64,000 nucleotides of DNA from Rebecca billardiae RCC1528 (GCA_965240325.2 OZ251222.1:372001-436000), one strand, 5' to 3'. Shown: positions 44,773 through 57,069, counted from the first letter of the stretch. Notes: generated by a model from the sequence alone, not told the origin. Translations and numbers: made by a program.

Positions 44773-45630
44773 GACCCGTTGCACGGGTGAGTAACCGTGA
44801 GCGTATGAAAAAACGACAAGCGTATGAAATCTCGCGGTTTTGTCGCTCGCGCTGCCGCATGGCTGACGTCCGCGCCGATCCGAGCGCAATGGTGCATTGC
44901 GAAGCCGATTCGCAATGCACCAATCCAATCCGCATGTCAATCGACCCAACCGTCGCTGAGAACGAACGACAAAACCCAGGGCAGGTGTCCACCACGAAGC
45001 CACGCCGCGCGCGCGCTGGCAGCGTGAGCCGGCGCGGTTGCAAAGGGTTGCCCAAAGGCAGAGAGATCAGCCAATGCGGCTACCTTCGGCAAGCACGCCA
45101 CCTCAGCGTCAGCATCGGGTGGGGCCGTGAGGATACATGCCCTTGGATGCGGCTCCAGCCAAACGGCTCTCGACGCGGGGAGCCGCCATCGGCCGCGAGC
45201 GCGTACACGGATACACGTGCTGTCCTCGTGAACGAGGATTCAGGAGACGAGGCGCGGCCCGCGATGCGCAGGCAAGACCTAGGGAGTGGCTCACGCTTTG
45301 ATCGCGGGTACGGGTACAGAAGGCGTGCGCACGCAACCACACCGCCTTCGTGAAGCGCGTGGGCAAGCTGCTGAAGCTCTCACGATGCGCGCTTACTTCT
45401 CATCTCCGTGCGCTCGCCGACCGCTCACGCTGCCTTCCGCGCGGCGGACCTGGGAAACCTGCCACCTGGCGCGCACGACGCAGCGCGTAACGCGGAAGGT
45501 GGTAGATCTGCTGCCACGCTCCCGCTGCCGCCGCCGGCGGCGGCAGCGGCATGCCCACGATGCGGCGACGGTGCTGATGACTATCACTGCCAAAGTGTCG
45601 TTTTTTCGGCGCTCACGCGTGCAACAGGTC
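44773..45630. mobile_element. Non-autonomous DNA transposon with GACC(C/T)GTTGCAC...GAAAAAACGACA TIRs
   Basis: Imperfect TIRs at both ends; flanks TTAT and TTAA (3/4 match); homologous to 21123-21928. Confidence 0.75.
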
Positions 45631-46397
45631 TTAAATACGCTCTGAAGTCGTACAGTAGTACTCAGTAGACAGTAGTTAGTCACCGCGCCGCGGCCGTTCA
45701 CTACCATGACTACCATCGGATGGCAATGCTGGCATAATGGCACGCACATCATCAGACAGAGTAACTGACTAGTGAGCCAGTCAGCCCCGCGCGCTCGAGC
45801 AATCGCGAGCATCGCCACGAGATCGGGCGCGAGCGCTTGGACATTTAATATTATTTGGTTTATTGCTGCTTCTGAACCGCCGCCCTCGCTTACGAGCCGG
45901 GCCGGCGGGCGCGGCGGGTGGTCAGACAGGTGCGAGGTGCCTTCCTGCTCAACTTGACAGTGCGCTGAAAATGTCCGGGCCACCAGACGCCAGCCGGAGC
46001 GGTAGTGAGCGGACTGCGGAGGCAGCTCCCGGATCGAGCCGGCGGCAAGCCCTGGGCCTGTGGCTGCTGTCTGTGCGTGCTGACGGCGTGACGGCAGCCG
46101 CTACTCGCTTATTCGCTAGACGCTAGTGGCGTGACGGTGTCATCTTTGAAAATAAGTAATAACTTCAATGATGTAGTCGGAGTTTGTGATGCAGTCAAGG
46201 GCGCCGTGGTAGCAGTGTTAGATGGCGTCAATAATCACGCCTGAACCAAGACAGTGTGCTGCACGTTAATCTCAGTCAACTACTGTACAGTACAATCGGG
46301 CAGGCTAGCTATCTAGTCTCAGAGTCCTGCAAACTGGCGGCACCGTGGCCGATCGCCCGGGCCCAGATCGGAGTCGCCACGGGCAGGGCTCGGGCTG

Positions 46398-47288
46398 TCA
46401 TGTCACACGGCCCTCAGCAGGTGGTGCACGGCGGCTCCTCTTCATGGCGCTCGGCTTCTCCGCGCGCTCCTCGGATTTGAAGAAGCGGAACGTCGCGTTG
46501 ATGCGGAGCGTTTCCAGTGGGCGCGTGGGCTCTTCTCCCACGCCACCGTCATTGAGCTCGCTCGGTGGATCCTCCTGGCAGAAGGCAACGTGACCCAGGC
46601 GCTCCGCCTTGAGCGGCTTCATAACCTCGTGCTTGTGCGTGCTCTGGCAGGTGCCCCCCATGACCACGAGATCACCATCGGCGAGCGGGATCATCATCTC
46701 AATACCGCGCGCCGAGCGACAAGAAGTGCGCGGTGTCAACCGGAAGCGGCGCATTTGGCCCCAGCTCAGGCTGAAGATGGGCATGCCCTCCACGAGCCCG
46801 GCCTCGTTGTCCGAGTGCGGACCGATGTAGTGGCCCTCGCTCGCGTCGTAGTAGTTGAGGAGCGCGCCAAGCTCTCCCGTGATACGCGCAACGCCCCCAG
46901 CCTCTTCGCCAATGCCCATGAATCGTGTCGAGAGCTGCTGCATCAGCGGCTCGTCTGCAAATGGCGAGGACTGCGCAACGCTGCCGGAGAAGGCGTAGTC
47001 GACACCAAAGCTTCTCTGGTAGCGCGGCGCGTCGATTCGCTTGCCCATCATAACGATCGTGGGCGGGCGCGCCGGCCGCGTGCCCCACAAGCGCTCAAAT
47101 TCCGCGGGCGCCAGCGGAAACCAGCGCGGCGCGTGGATGAGCCACGAGCGACCGTCTGCGGTGAGATGCCTTAGCTTCGGCCGCGGCGCAGAGGATGGCA
47201 CATGGGAAAGCAAGGCCGCAAGGATGGCCTGGGCGTCGGCAGAGCTCGCCGTCGCCGCCCCGGCGGCTCCCACTCCTCGCTTGCGCAT
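46398..47288 (-). CDS. AlkB-like 2OG-Fe(II) dioxygenase
   Basis: Motifs PRYQRSFG.DY.FSG, LLNYY..HYIGPHSDNE (HxD), SLSWGQMRRF, MGG.CQ..HKHEV, RINATFR. Confidence 0.9.
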   Translation of the reverse strand: MRKRGVGAAGAATASSADAQAILAALLSHVPSSAPRPKLRHLTADGRSWLIHAPRWFPLAPAEFERLWGTRPARPPTIVMMGKRIDAPRYQRSFGVDYAFSGSVAQSSPFADEPLMQQLSTRFMGIGEEAGGVARITGELGALLNYYDASEGHYIGPHSDNEAGLVEGMPIFSLSWGQMRRFRLTPRTSCRSARGIEMMIPLADGDLVVMGGTCQSTHKHEVMKPLKAERLGHVAFCQEDPPSELNDGGVGEEPTRPLETLRINATFRFFKSEERAEKPSAMKRSRRAPPAEGRVT

Positions 47289-47476
47289 GACTTGCTCCGC
47301 GCCACGCGGGTCGCGGGGGCTTCCGACCGGGGGCTCTCGATCGGGCCAACCGCCAGTCGTCTGCCTACAGTACTGAATAGTGAATACATACTGTACAAGT
47401 ACAGTAAAGTAGGGTAGCCGCAATCGTACTTGTACACTGATGAAGGAAAGTTCAAAGTACCGTAGCGTGGGGGTGG

Positions 47477-47521
47477 TACAGTTTACTATGTTTTAACGTG
47501 CACACTTGGTTAAGGCGTGAT
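47477..47521 (+). mobile_element. pogo/Tc2-like end, family B
   Basis: Identical to 17948-17992. Confidence 0.65.
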
Positions 47522-47595
47522 AGTAGTCGTTCGTCGTCACGCGGCAAAGTCTGGAAGCGGACGCGAAAGCGCGCGGCCGCGCACCAAGCATCCGC

Positions 47596-48887
47596 ATGGC
47601 GACGTGGGAGGAGCTGAAGGATTTGGGCAACGCCGCGTTCAAGGAGAAGCGGTTCACGGAGGCGGCTGAGCACTTCTCCGCTGCGATCGCTCTCAACGCG
47701 GACGCCCACGTGCTGTACAGCAATCGCTCGGGCGCGTATGCCTCGCTGGGCAAGTGGCGAGAGGCGCTCACCGACGCAGAGTCGTGCATCAGCCGCAAGG
47801 CTGACTGGGCGAAGGGCTACAGCCGGAAGGGCGCCGCGCTGGAGGGCCTGGGCGACGAGACGGCCGCCAAGAAGGCGTACGAGGAGGGCCTCGCTCTCGA
47901 TCCGGAGAATGCCACGCTCAAGGCGGCGCTCAGTGCCATTGCGTCCCGGGGCCGCTCCGCCAAGCCAGGCGTGCCAGTGCCGGTCGGCAAGATGATGATG
48001 CAGCTCAACTACGTGATCGTCGCATTCACCTTCGTGTACATGTTCCCGTTCACGCCCGCCCGCATCGGCTTCTACCTGTACCGCTTCGTGCTTCTCAGCG
48101 CGGCCGTGAAGCACGGGCGCGCGCTGCTCGCCAAGCATGGCGGCTTCTCTCTCTCACTGCTCAGCAAGGCGAAGGAGCTGCGTGCGGACGAGAACTGGCA
48201 CTACGTCGCGCTGTGCATGATCCTGGTGCTGTGGAAGCCGGTGCCCTTCGTCGTCCTGCCCATCGCGGCGTACGCCGCCGGCACCATCCTGCCCACGCTC
48301 GATCGGTCCGTGGCGGACAAGCTGCCGTCTGCGCTACAGTCGTTTGTCCGGCCCAAGCTCGAGTTCATGCTCACCAACGAGGGCCAGCAGGCCGTCTGCG
48401 CGTTCGCGTCGACGGTGCGCGGCCCGGGCGGCGGCGTGGCGCGCGCGTGCTCGCGGCGATGCCGCCCTTGCCGCCGGCGTGCGCGGCGCTCGACCTCTGC
48501 CCTCCGGAGCGCCCGTCGCTCAGCCTCTGCCCCTGGCGCAGCCACGCCACACCCGGCGCCCAACACGCGGCTGGCTCATCTCTGCGCACCCGCCCCTCTG
48601 CCACCATATGCGCGCGTCGCGTCGTTGTGCTGCAGGCGGAGGTGATGGTCGTGCCGATGCTGCTTGTCGGCCTCCTTCAGGGCCTGCGCAACATCGTCAT
48701 CCTCATGTTCTACTGCCAATTTCTCTCATGGCGGTACAACGCAAACGCTTGGACCAAGCAGGCGGTGTGGCTCGTCTCGGAGAAGCTCAGCTCGGTCGCA
48801 CACCACCGGTACGCACCTAGGCTGCTCGGCCTTCTCTATGACAAGGGCAAGCAACTTCTCGTCACGTTGAATGCGCCTCGGCCGTGA
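47596..48887 (+). CDS. STI1-like TPR domain fused to a TMEM33/Pom33-like membrane domain; intron 48415-48635
   Basis: TPR: ELKDLGNAAF..LYSNRSGAY..WAKGYSRKG. TMEM33-like: DENWHY..LP, AEV, YCQFLSWRY. Confidence 0.8.
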
Positions 48888-49762
48888 TCATGCGGCCCGT
48901 CGTGGCGGGGCGCGTCACTCGTCACCAGCCTACTCGGCGGCTGAGTCGCTGCCTGTCCAGAGCGCGGAGCCTACGACATGACTCAGACGTCGACGTAGAC
49001 CGCGCCCCGATGGCCGATTGCCTGAACGAAAGTGTCTCCATCTCGGCATTTGCGCGCGCGCGGCCGTAGTAGCCGGTCGTCCTGCTATTAATTATATATA
49101 TATATATAATATGATGAGCACCGGACGACGAAAATATTAATAATATATATCTCGTCATAATCTGGCGGCGGACGTGATCGATGCTGACGATCATCAATCA
49201 TCACGACTGCTATAGCTCCGCGCCGCCGCCGATTGATGGAATGATGATGCGCTTCCTTGACGACCACGCCTTGTCTGCCCTAGTGTCACCGAATAATAAT
49301 AATCATCCGATAGCGATGCCGCGCAGATTCATGAGACAGATCGAAGTCATGCGGCCCGCGCGACCGGTGCAGCCCGCTGCCGGGCGGAGCGCGCAGCGTG
49401 GAGCCCGCAGTGCGCGCGGGCCGCCCTAACCACGTTTCAAAAAGATCTTTGATCACAATAAGAAAAAAGGGACGGGGGCGATTTTTATTAGGGCTGGCGG
49501 AGACCGAGTTTTGACAAGAGACCCCGCCTTAACACATGCTGACGATATTATATTATATTGACGAGAAAATAATATATATAGTAGTACGTGAATAATGTAA
49601 TTGATTATGGCGCTGTCACCAGATGCCAATGACTCTCATCTGATGCAGACTATGAGACAGCAGCACATGAGTGACGACGAGTCGACGACTGGCCTGTTTT
49701 TGAGTGACGTCGGAGTGACGGCGACCAGTGCGAGTTCCAATTATGAGCCGCCTGCTGGCAGC

Positions 49763-51896
49763 TTAGCCGCCCCACGACGTGTGGTGCGAGCCTGGCCGGT
49801 CGACGCGCTTGTACGTGTGCCCGCCGAAGAAGTCACGCTGCGCCTGCACCATAGCCGCCGCGGGCAGCCGCGCCTGCCGCATCGAGTCGTAGTAAGCAAG
49901 GCTGGCGCTCAGCGCGGGCGCCGGCACGCCGTGCTCGACCGCGCGCATGACAGTGCGCCGCCAGCCCTCCTGCGCGCGCGCGAGCTTGGCGCCGAGCGAG
50001 CTGTCGAGCAGGATCGAGTCGCCGCCCGCCTCTCGCGCGTTCACCGCGGTGCGGATGTCGTCGAGCAAGTCGGCGCGGATGATGCAGCCGCCCTTCCAGA
50101 TGCGCGCCAGCTCGGCCGGCTCGATCTCCCAGCCCTTCTCCTGTGACGCGGCGTCGATGAGCGCCAGGCCCTGGGCGTACGAGCAGAGCTTGGAGGAGTA
50201 CAGGGCCTGCCGGGGCGCGCAGAGGCGCGCGGGCGCGGCGCGCGGCAGGCGGGGTGTGCACGCCGGTGGGCACGGGCGTCGGGTGCGCGCCACACGGATC
50301 GCTCGTGCCGCCGACGCGGCGCCGCGCCGCGCTGCGCAACGGGCGCGTGGTGCGCAGCCCTCACGTCTTCGAGGTCGGCGACGAGGCACGGGCCTGCCTG
50401 CACGAGCGGCCAGCCGACGAGACGCGCGCCAAGTGCGCCAATCGGCGGTGCCAGCGCGGAGACCGCGGACAGCATGAGCCGGCCGAGGCTGAGGGCCGGG
50501 CTGAGCAGCGGCCGCGTCGCGCGCGCCGGCCTGAACGGCATTCGTGCGGCCGCACGCTGCCGGTGGCTGTGCTGAGCGCTCAGGTAGCGAGCGTCGAGCG
50601 CGGAGGTCATCGTCGCCGCGGGCACGGCGCGCTCGGCTGCCTCCTGCGCCGTCCACTTGCCCGTCCCCTTCGAGCCGCACACGTCCAGGATCTGGTCGAT
50701 CAGCTCGCCGCGGCTGCTCGGAGGCTTGTCGCCCGAGGCCGGCGGCGCGTCATCCGGCGTGCGCAGAATCTGAGCCGTGATCTCGATCAGGTAGCTGGCG
50801 AGCGGGCCGCGCGACCAGCGCTCGAAGACCGCGGCCGCCTGCGCGTTGCTCATGCCACCGACCGTGCGCAGCAGCGTGTACGCCTCGCCGATCAGCTGCA
50901 TGTCGCCGTACTCGATCCCGTTGTGCACCTGCGCGTGCGCGCGCGGACGCCGGCGCGATGGGCGCAGCAGTGTGAAGGCGGGTGATGCGCGGCAGGCCCC
51001 GCGCCGTGCGCGCGCGTCGCAGTCGTGAGAGTGAGCGGGGTCGAGCGAGGCTGAGGCCACCGGCGCGTGCGCAGCGCGCTCGCCGCGCTCCTTGCAGCAC
51101 GCCCAAGGCCGCGCCCGCGCGCGCGGAGCGCGCACCATCTTGACGTAGTTGCCGGCCGCGCCGTTTCCGAGAAACGTCACGCACGGCCCGTCGGCCGTGC
51201 GCGCGGCGATCCGCTCGAGGATGGGCTGCATGAGGGTCCACGCCTCGGGCGCGCCGCTTGGCATGAGGCACGGCCCGGAGCGCGCGCCGGTCTCGCCGCC
51301 AGAGATGCCGCACCTGCGCAGCCGCCGCGCCATCCCATGTGAGGGCTGGCTCTGCACGCGTCGCGCTGCGCGGGCCGAGCGCGCGCGCGCGTGCGCGCGC
51401 GCGCACCCCATGTAGTGCAGCCCACGCGCGGAGACGCGCGCCTGCCGCGCCTCGGTGGTCTCGAACCACTCGTTCCCCATGTCCACGACCACGTCGCCCG
51501 GCGCGAGCAGCTCGGAGAGGTCGGCAAGTGCCGCGTCCACTGGCTTGCCCGCGGGCACGAGCAAGATCACGCGGCGCGGAGTGGAGAGGGCGTTGACGAA
51601 GAGACTGATGTCCGAGTACACGTCGAGCGGGAGATTGCCTTCACGCTTCGCGCGCTCCGATGCCTCCCGCACCTGCGCGCGCGAGTGCGCACGCGCGTGC
51701 GCGCGCGCACAGCGAACATGAGAGTGCGTTCGCTCGCATCCCAATACGATGTGCGCGCACGCGCGCGCCGCGGCACCTTGTCGGTCGAGATGTCGAAGCC
51801 CGCGACGCGGCAGGCGGCGTTCTCGGCGATGTTGAGGCAGAGCGAGCTGCCCATCACGCCGAGGCCGATCACGCCCACGGCCGCGGTGTTCGTCAT
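49763..51896 (-). CDS. gnd: 6-phosphogluconate dehydrogenase, decarboxylating; introns 51673-51776, 51314-51406, 50929-51135, 50207-50364
   Basis: Motifs GVIGLGVMG, ILLVPAGKPVD, DMGNEWF, G|CGISGGE, YVKM|VHNGIEYGDMQLI, KGTGKWT, RIWKGGCIIRA, QAQRDFFGGHTY. Confidence 0.97.
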
Positions 51897-51979
51897 GGCG
51901 AGCGTAGGACCGTCACAACTCACGACGCGAACTCCGCCCGCGCGCGCTGTGGGCTGTGGCCAAACTGTTGGCCACAGCG

Positions 51980-54874
51980 ATGGCTGCCGCCGGCAAGACC
52001 GTCGCATACACAGGCGCCTGTGTATGCGTCGCGGCGCTCGTGCTCACGGCGCTCGCCCTGCGCTCACCGTCCGAGCCGCCCCCGCTGGTGCACCGGCCCT
52101 ACATCCCTCGCGTGCACCGCGCCTGCTGCTCTCGGCCGCGAGAAGACGGCCGCGCAGCCGAGGCGAGCACTCGGCAAGCGTTCGTGGTGGACGCCGGGTG
52201 CGCGGCCTCGGTGGACGCCGCTGCGCACGAGCAGCTGGCGCTCGTGGAGCACCTCGCGGCCTCGGGGGCGCGGCCGGTTGTGCTCGCGCTCGCCCTCGCC
52301 TGCGACGACCTCGGCGGCCCCGCGGCTGTCGAGACGGCCGCGCAGCGCGACGCACGCGATCGGATCGGCTCGATGCGTGGTGCTGACGTGCGCTGGCTGC
52401 GCGCGCAGCGGGCGGAGAGGTCGACGGCGCCGCTCTCGCTGCAGCTCTCGCGGCTCGTGTACTCGCACGCCGCAGAGGCATCCCCTCCGTACGATCGCAT
52501 CGTGTTCGCCGACCGCGGCGGGCTCGCGCAGCTGAGCGGTGCCGGCCAGCTGGCTCACACGGAGGTCGTGGTGCGAGCGCTAGGGCCGTCGCTGTGGCGC
52601 AGGCAGTGGTGCCTCGAGGCGGTGGAGAGCGTGGACGCGCTCGACGAGGCCGATCGTGAGCGGCTGGCCATCGAGGGCGCGGACGAGGTCCACGTCCAGA
52701 CGGCTGAGCTCTGGCGCTGGATGCGCGACCGCCGGTGGCGCGTGGCGGAGATGGTGGCAGATGCGCCGCCGGCGGCCGCCGGCGCCGAGGAGGTGGCAGC
52801 CAGGGATGAGGCCGCAGGTGGCGCCGAGGGCACGCGCCCGCGCGTGCGCTTTGTGCCCGCGCCGCCCACGCTCGCGCGACCCTCCGACCCATCCGCTTCC
52901 GAGCCCGCCCCCGCCGATCCCGCTCCCGCCGGCACAGGCGACGTCGCGCAGCGACCGGCCTCACCCGGGCCGGCCAGCGTGGCGGCCGCGCCTCACTCGG
53001 TGGCTGGTGGCGCCGAGCTGCGCATCGTGGCGCCGGTGGACTGGGGCAGCGCCGCGGAGCTCGGGCTGGTGGGCGCAACGCTGCAGCACGCCGCGAAGCT
53101 CCTGCGCGCCGCTGCCGCGCCGCTGCCGCGCCTCGACCTCGTGCCGCGCGACACGGGCGCGCTGTGCGCCTCAGCGGCTGGCGCCGAGGCTGCTGCGAGC
53201 GCGCGCGCGCAGCTGCTCAGCTGGCTGAGTGGCTCGCACTCGGGCTGGGCCGGGCGGTGGTACGTGGCGGTGGCTGAGGGCGGTGCCGAGCACTCGGCAT
53301 GCGCGCTCGAGTCGACGCCAGCCTCGCGCATCGTCGCGCTCTTCGCGCTCGGCGGCGGGGCGGCGCGCGCGCCAGAGCTACTGCCAGCGTGCGCGGCCGC
53401 GGGCGCGCGCGTCGTGGCTGCTGACGTACCAGAGGCTCGCGCCGCGCTCGCGCCGGAGTCGTGGCCGTTCGTGCTGCACGGCGCGCACGGGCAGGCGCTC
53501 GGGGCCGCGCTCGTGGCCGCCCTGCACTCGAGCGGCCCGCCGAGCGCGCTTCGCCCTGCGCAGACATGGAGCGCACGCCACGGCTGGTGGGCGGAGTGGG
53601 TCTCGTCAGCGCGCGCGGCCGCGCACGGCACGCCCGCCGCGCCTCATCTGTCTGTCAGGCGCGCGTTGGACGCTCCGATCGGGGCCGGCGCTGCCGCCGG
53701 TGCTGAGCCCGAGACGGAGCTCAGCGGCGGGGGCTCGGCCGGGCGCGAGGCGGGCACCACGCGCATCGCGCCCGCCGACCCCGCCGCCGGCGCGCCGCCC
53801 CTCCTCGCGCTGTGTGTGCTCCAATGCTCCGCCACAGCGCCGCAGCTCGAGCGCACGGCGTGCGCGGCCGTCCGAGCGATCCGCGGCGGCGCGCAGGCAG
53901 CGGCGCAGGACGGGAGCGCGTCGGGGCAGGCGCCGGCGCCGCTGGCAGGCACGGCTCTGATCGGCGTGGGCGCGCGCGCGGAGTGGAGCGCGGCGCTTGA
54001 GGCGTGCGGCGTGCCCCGCGCGCCCGCCGACGGCGCCCCAACGGTCGTTACATCCGCAGTCGTCGACGCGGATTCGGCCGGCGCGCGCGCGCGCGCCCGC
54101 GCTGCGCGCGCGCCGTGGTTTCTACTGGACGAGCTCGAGTCCGGGCGCGGGGCGTGTGGCGCGGAGGCGGCGTGGCGCGCGGCGTCGCTCTCGCACGCGC
54201 GCTGGCTCGTCGTGACCGACGGCTCCACCGCGCTGGCGAGCCCGCGTGCGCTCGCCGTGCTCGCGAGGCACGCTCACGCGGCGGCCGCGCGCACGGCCGC
54301 TCTCACGCCCGTCGTGACGGAGTGCGTCACTTCTGCCGGTGGGGCCTCGGGTGGCGGGGCTGGCGGGGCGGCGGGGCTGCCGCCCGGCGAGGGCGGCGAG
54401 GGCGGCGCCGAGTGCACGCTGTGCATCCCAAGCGGCGCAGCCGTCAGCGCGGGCGCGCTCGCCGACGTGCTCAGCTGTGGCGCCATTGTCGTCCGGCGCG
54501 CGGCCCTTCTCCGCGTCCCCGCGGCCCACGCGCGCGCGGCGCGCGCCCCGATGGGCTGGGTGTGGCACGCACTCAGCGCGCTGGCACTGAACGGCACGGA
54601 GGTGGCCATCGCTCCCGAGGTCGGCTTCGAGCGCTCGTGCGCGCGCTGGCGCGACGGCGGGGCGCCAACAGCCGGCGGAGCCGCCAGCAGAGCGCGCTGC
54701 GCCCCGCCTGGGCCAATCCCCACGCCCGCAGCCGGGCCTCTCGGCGAGTTGCCGCCGGCATATGCGCACGTGCGCGAGCCGTGGACGGCGCGCGCGGCGC
54801 AGCTGGCGCAGCTACGCCACGGCGCATCCCAGCTTGAGGCGCTGGCCAGCCGCTCGTGCTCGCTCTTTCGCTAG
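51980..54874 (+). CDS. Large type II membrane protein resembling a degenerate GT4+GT2 fusion
   Basis: YDRIVFADRGGL..GPSLW..ERLAIEGADEV..WMRDRRW resembles the N-terminus of GT4/GT2 fusions; C-terminal AIVVRR..LALNG..APE is GT2-like. Confidence 0.55.
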   Translation: MAAAGKTVAYTGACVCVAALVLTALALRSPSEPPPLVHRPYIPRVHRACCSRPREDGRAAEASTRQAFVVDAGCAASVDAAAHEQLALVEHLAASGARPVVLALALACDDLGGPAAVETAAQRDARDRIGSMRGADVRWLRAQRAERSTAPLSLQLSRLVYSHAAEASPPYDRIVFADRGGLAQLSGAGQLAHTEVVVRALGPSLWRRQWCLEAVESVDALDEADRERLAIEGADEVHVQTAELWRWMRDRRWRVAEMVADAPPAAAGAEEVAARDEAAGGAEGTRPRVRFVPAPPTLARPSDPSASEPAPADPAPAGTGDVAQRPASPGPASVAAAPHSVAGGAELRIVAPVDWGSAAELGLVGATLQHAAKLLRAAAAPLPRLDLVPRDTGALCASAAGAEAAASARAQLLSWLSGSHSGWAGRWYVAVAEGGAEHSACALESTPASRIVALFALGGGAARAPELLPACAAAGARVVAADVPEARAALAPESWPFVLHGAHGQALGAALVAALHSSGPPSALRPAQTWSARHGWWAEWVSSARAAAHGTPAAPHLSVRRALDAPIGAGAAAGAEPETELSGGGSAGREAGTTRIAPADPAAGAPPLLALCVLQCSATAPQLERTACAAVRAIRGGAQAAAQDGSASGQAPAPLAGTALIGVGARAEWSAALEACGVPRAPADGAPTVVTSAVVDADSAGARARARAARAPWFLLDELESGRGACGAEAAWRAASLSHARWLVVTDGSTALASPRALAVLARHAHAAAARTAALTPVVTECVTSAGGASGGGAGGAAGLPPGEGGEGGAECTLCIPSGAAVSAGALADVLSCGAIVVRRAALLRVPAAHARAARAPMGWVWHALSALALNGTEVAIAPEVGFERSCARWRDGGAPTAGGAASRARCAPPGPIPTPAAGPLGELPPAYAHVREPWTARAAQLAQLRHGASQLEALASRSCSLFR

Positions 54875-55705
54875 GTCGGGCACGTTCGACGTTGAGCTTT
54901 GCCCGCTGCTGACAGTGCCAGGGCGGTGGCGGGCCGAGGCCATCTGTCGGTTACATCTACTCACTGGTGAGCACACCCCACCGCTGTGCCAGGCACCCCT
55001 CTGAAATCTTATATATAAGTTTCGCTCTGCACTGTCGATATCATTGACCCAGTATTTATATATGTGGGGTTATTGGCACAATAACTGATTGTCTAAGAGG
55101 ACGGTGGGAGCGCAATGCGCCGTATCAACACCTGCCTGCCATTCAGCCTGAGCCAGGCGGCCGAGCTCAAGTCCGGCTGCCATCTTGGCCACCCTCTTCT
55201 CGTGCCACGAGGGACTTTCGAGCCCGTGCTCTGTGTGCACGCACGACGGCCTAGAACGACCTACTCTCTGCGCTGCTCCTGGGCCATAGGCTCACTAGGC
55301 AAGGTTGGCATGGCGGTCAGGGCGGCCAATTCGTGAACTGGGTTTTCCATCAGGCGCCGAGCCAACCGTTACCGTCGCTGCTGCATGCCTCCTGCTCACT
55401 CGCAGCGAGCGCCCTTCGCAGCCGTTTCCGGCGGCCCGCAGCTTCGAGGCGCCCTATGCACGATGTCCTTCGTGCCTCGCTGTCGTGCGGCTTGGCGGCT
55501 CTCGAGCTGCGTCGTCCAAGCAGCGGCCAGTCCTGCCGCGCGCTCGGCCCGAGCGCTGGCTGCCGCTCGCACTTTGTTTCGAGGAACAAAAATCCCATAC
55601 AATATGTATAAAGTCTGGTCTCTCGCAGCGTGGCTCCGCCCTGCCCGGCGTGTGCCTCGCCTCCTCACTGCATCTGGATGGCGCAGGCGCTTCGAGGACG
55701 GCTAG

Positions 55706-55709
<4 letters not shown>

Positions 55710-55743
<34 letters not shown>
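55710..55743. repeat. (TA)n microsatellite
   Basis: Read directly from the sequence. Confidence 0.95.
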
Positions 55744-55745
<2 letters not shown>

Positions 55746-57069
55746 CCCTTGGCGACGTCGCGATGGTGCCCGCCGACGCGGCCCCCGCCCCGCTCGCTGG
55801 CCCCGGGTGCGAAGCACACGGGGCTGGTGGGGCGGGGGCCGCATGCCTGTGGTGCTCCCCCATGCTTATCTTCGGCAATCTCCTGCGCGCTCGTAGGCCT
55901 CGCGGCACTCCTGCTTGGCTGCAACATGACTACGACTAGTTCTACGACCTCTACGACCACTTCTTCCTCCCTTCGTGCGCACGCGCTGGCCCTCGCAGGG
56001 CCAGTCGGACGCGGCGTGGGTGGCGGCACGAGCGCGGCCAGCGCGCTCGGCCTGCCTGCCTGCGAGCCTCCATGGATGCGTGCGCGTGGGGCCGGGTTCT
56101 GCCACCGTTCATTGCCAACAGCAACTGGGCACGGACCTGCGACGAGGCATGCCGCCTTTCCCCACGCGCCCTTCAGGTTGTCCCGGCTCAGCCGGTCGCT
56201 TCGGCGGCCGATGGGCCCTCGGCCGGCTCGATCCCCCTTCCCGGGGACTCGGTGGGGCACCGCCAGGAGTGTCTCGCGGCGGGCGGGCCGAGCGCGCGGG
56301 TCGCCAGCTGACCCCGCGACGTTCGATTCGACTGCTCTGCGCTGGCACGTGCACGCGGAGATCAACCACACGCAGCGGGTCCGGGATAGGCACTGGCACC
56401 CTCTTTCTCCAGCCGGCCGCCGGCTGCATCGCCTCGGGGGGCGATGCAGCAGGTGGACGCCGCTGCACCCATCTGGCCCTTGGCGCCGGCCTCCACCGTG
56501 CCCCTCGCTCCACCCTAGGTGGGGCAGGGGGTGCGGGGTGTGACGAGCCCAGGGGCCAGGTTCCCCAGCATCAAGCACTGCATCTGCAGCAGCCCGCCGG
56601 CGGGCCGGGCTGCGACATCGACTACCACCTCACATCTGCTTCATCGCCCAGAGCGCGCTAGGCGGCGCGCTCACTCTCCAAGCCCCTCTTCTGCAGCTGC
56701 GCGCCGCTTGGCCGGCGCGCGGCGACGCGCACTACGACCTCATCCTCATCCAGGCGCCCACGCGGGCGCACGGGGGCGACAGCCGCGGCTGCCGCTTGCC
56801 GGGGCTGCTCGCCGCTAGGTCGGCGGGCGGCGACATCGACTACGACCTCACCCTCATCCAAGTGCTCCGGAAGGCGCTCGGCCGCGGCGGCATCTGCCGT
56901 CGCCGCCGTGTGCCCCAGGCCGAGGCGGTGCTCCATCCCGGCCCCGCTCCCGTAGGGGGGCAGGGCTGCGGGTGGCGCACTGTCTGACCTGGTCGGAAGG
57001 CGCGGACGCATTCTATGTGTCCGTTGCACTCTTGAGCCTGACGCTTGTCCGATGCTGCCACGTCGTTAA
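55744..57069 (+). mobile_element. Putative non-autonomous retroelement (~1.3 kb) with a CRE-like 3' tail, between TA tracts
   Basis: Ends ctgacgcttgtccgatgctgccacgtcgttaa, versus ctgacgcctgcccgttgcataccacgtcgttaa in the CRE-like element; a second truncated copy follows; 5' boundary uncertain. Confidence 0.65.

Noticed and set aside
49430-49532. Possible TTAA-flanked transposon end (Kolobok-like)
   Set aside because: No partner end or second copy in the window.
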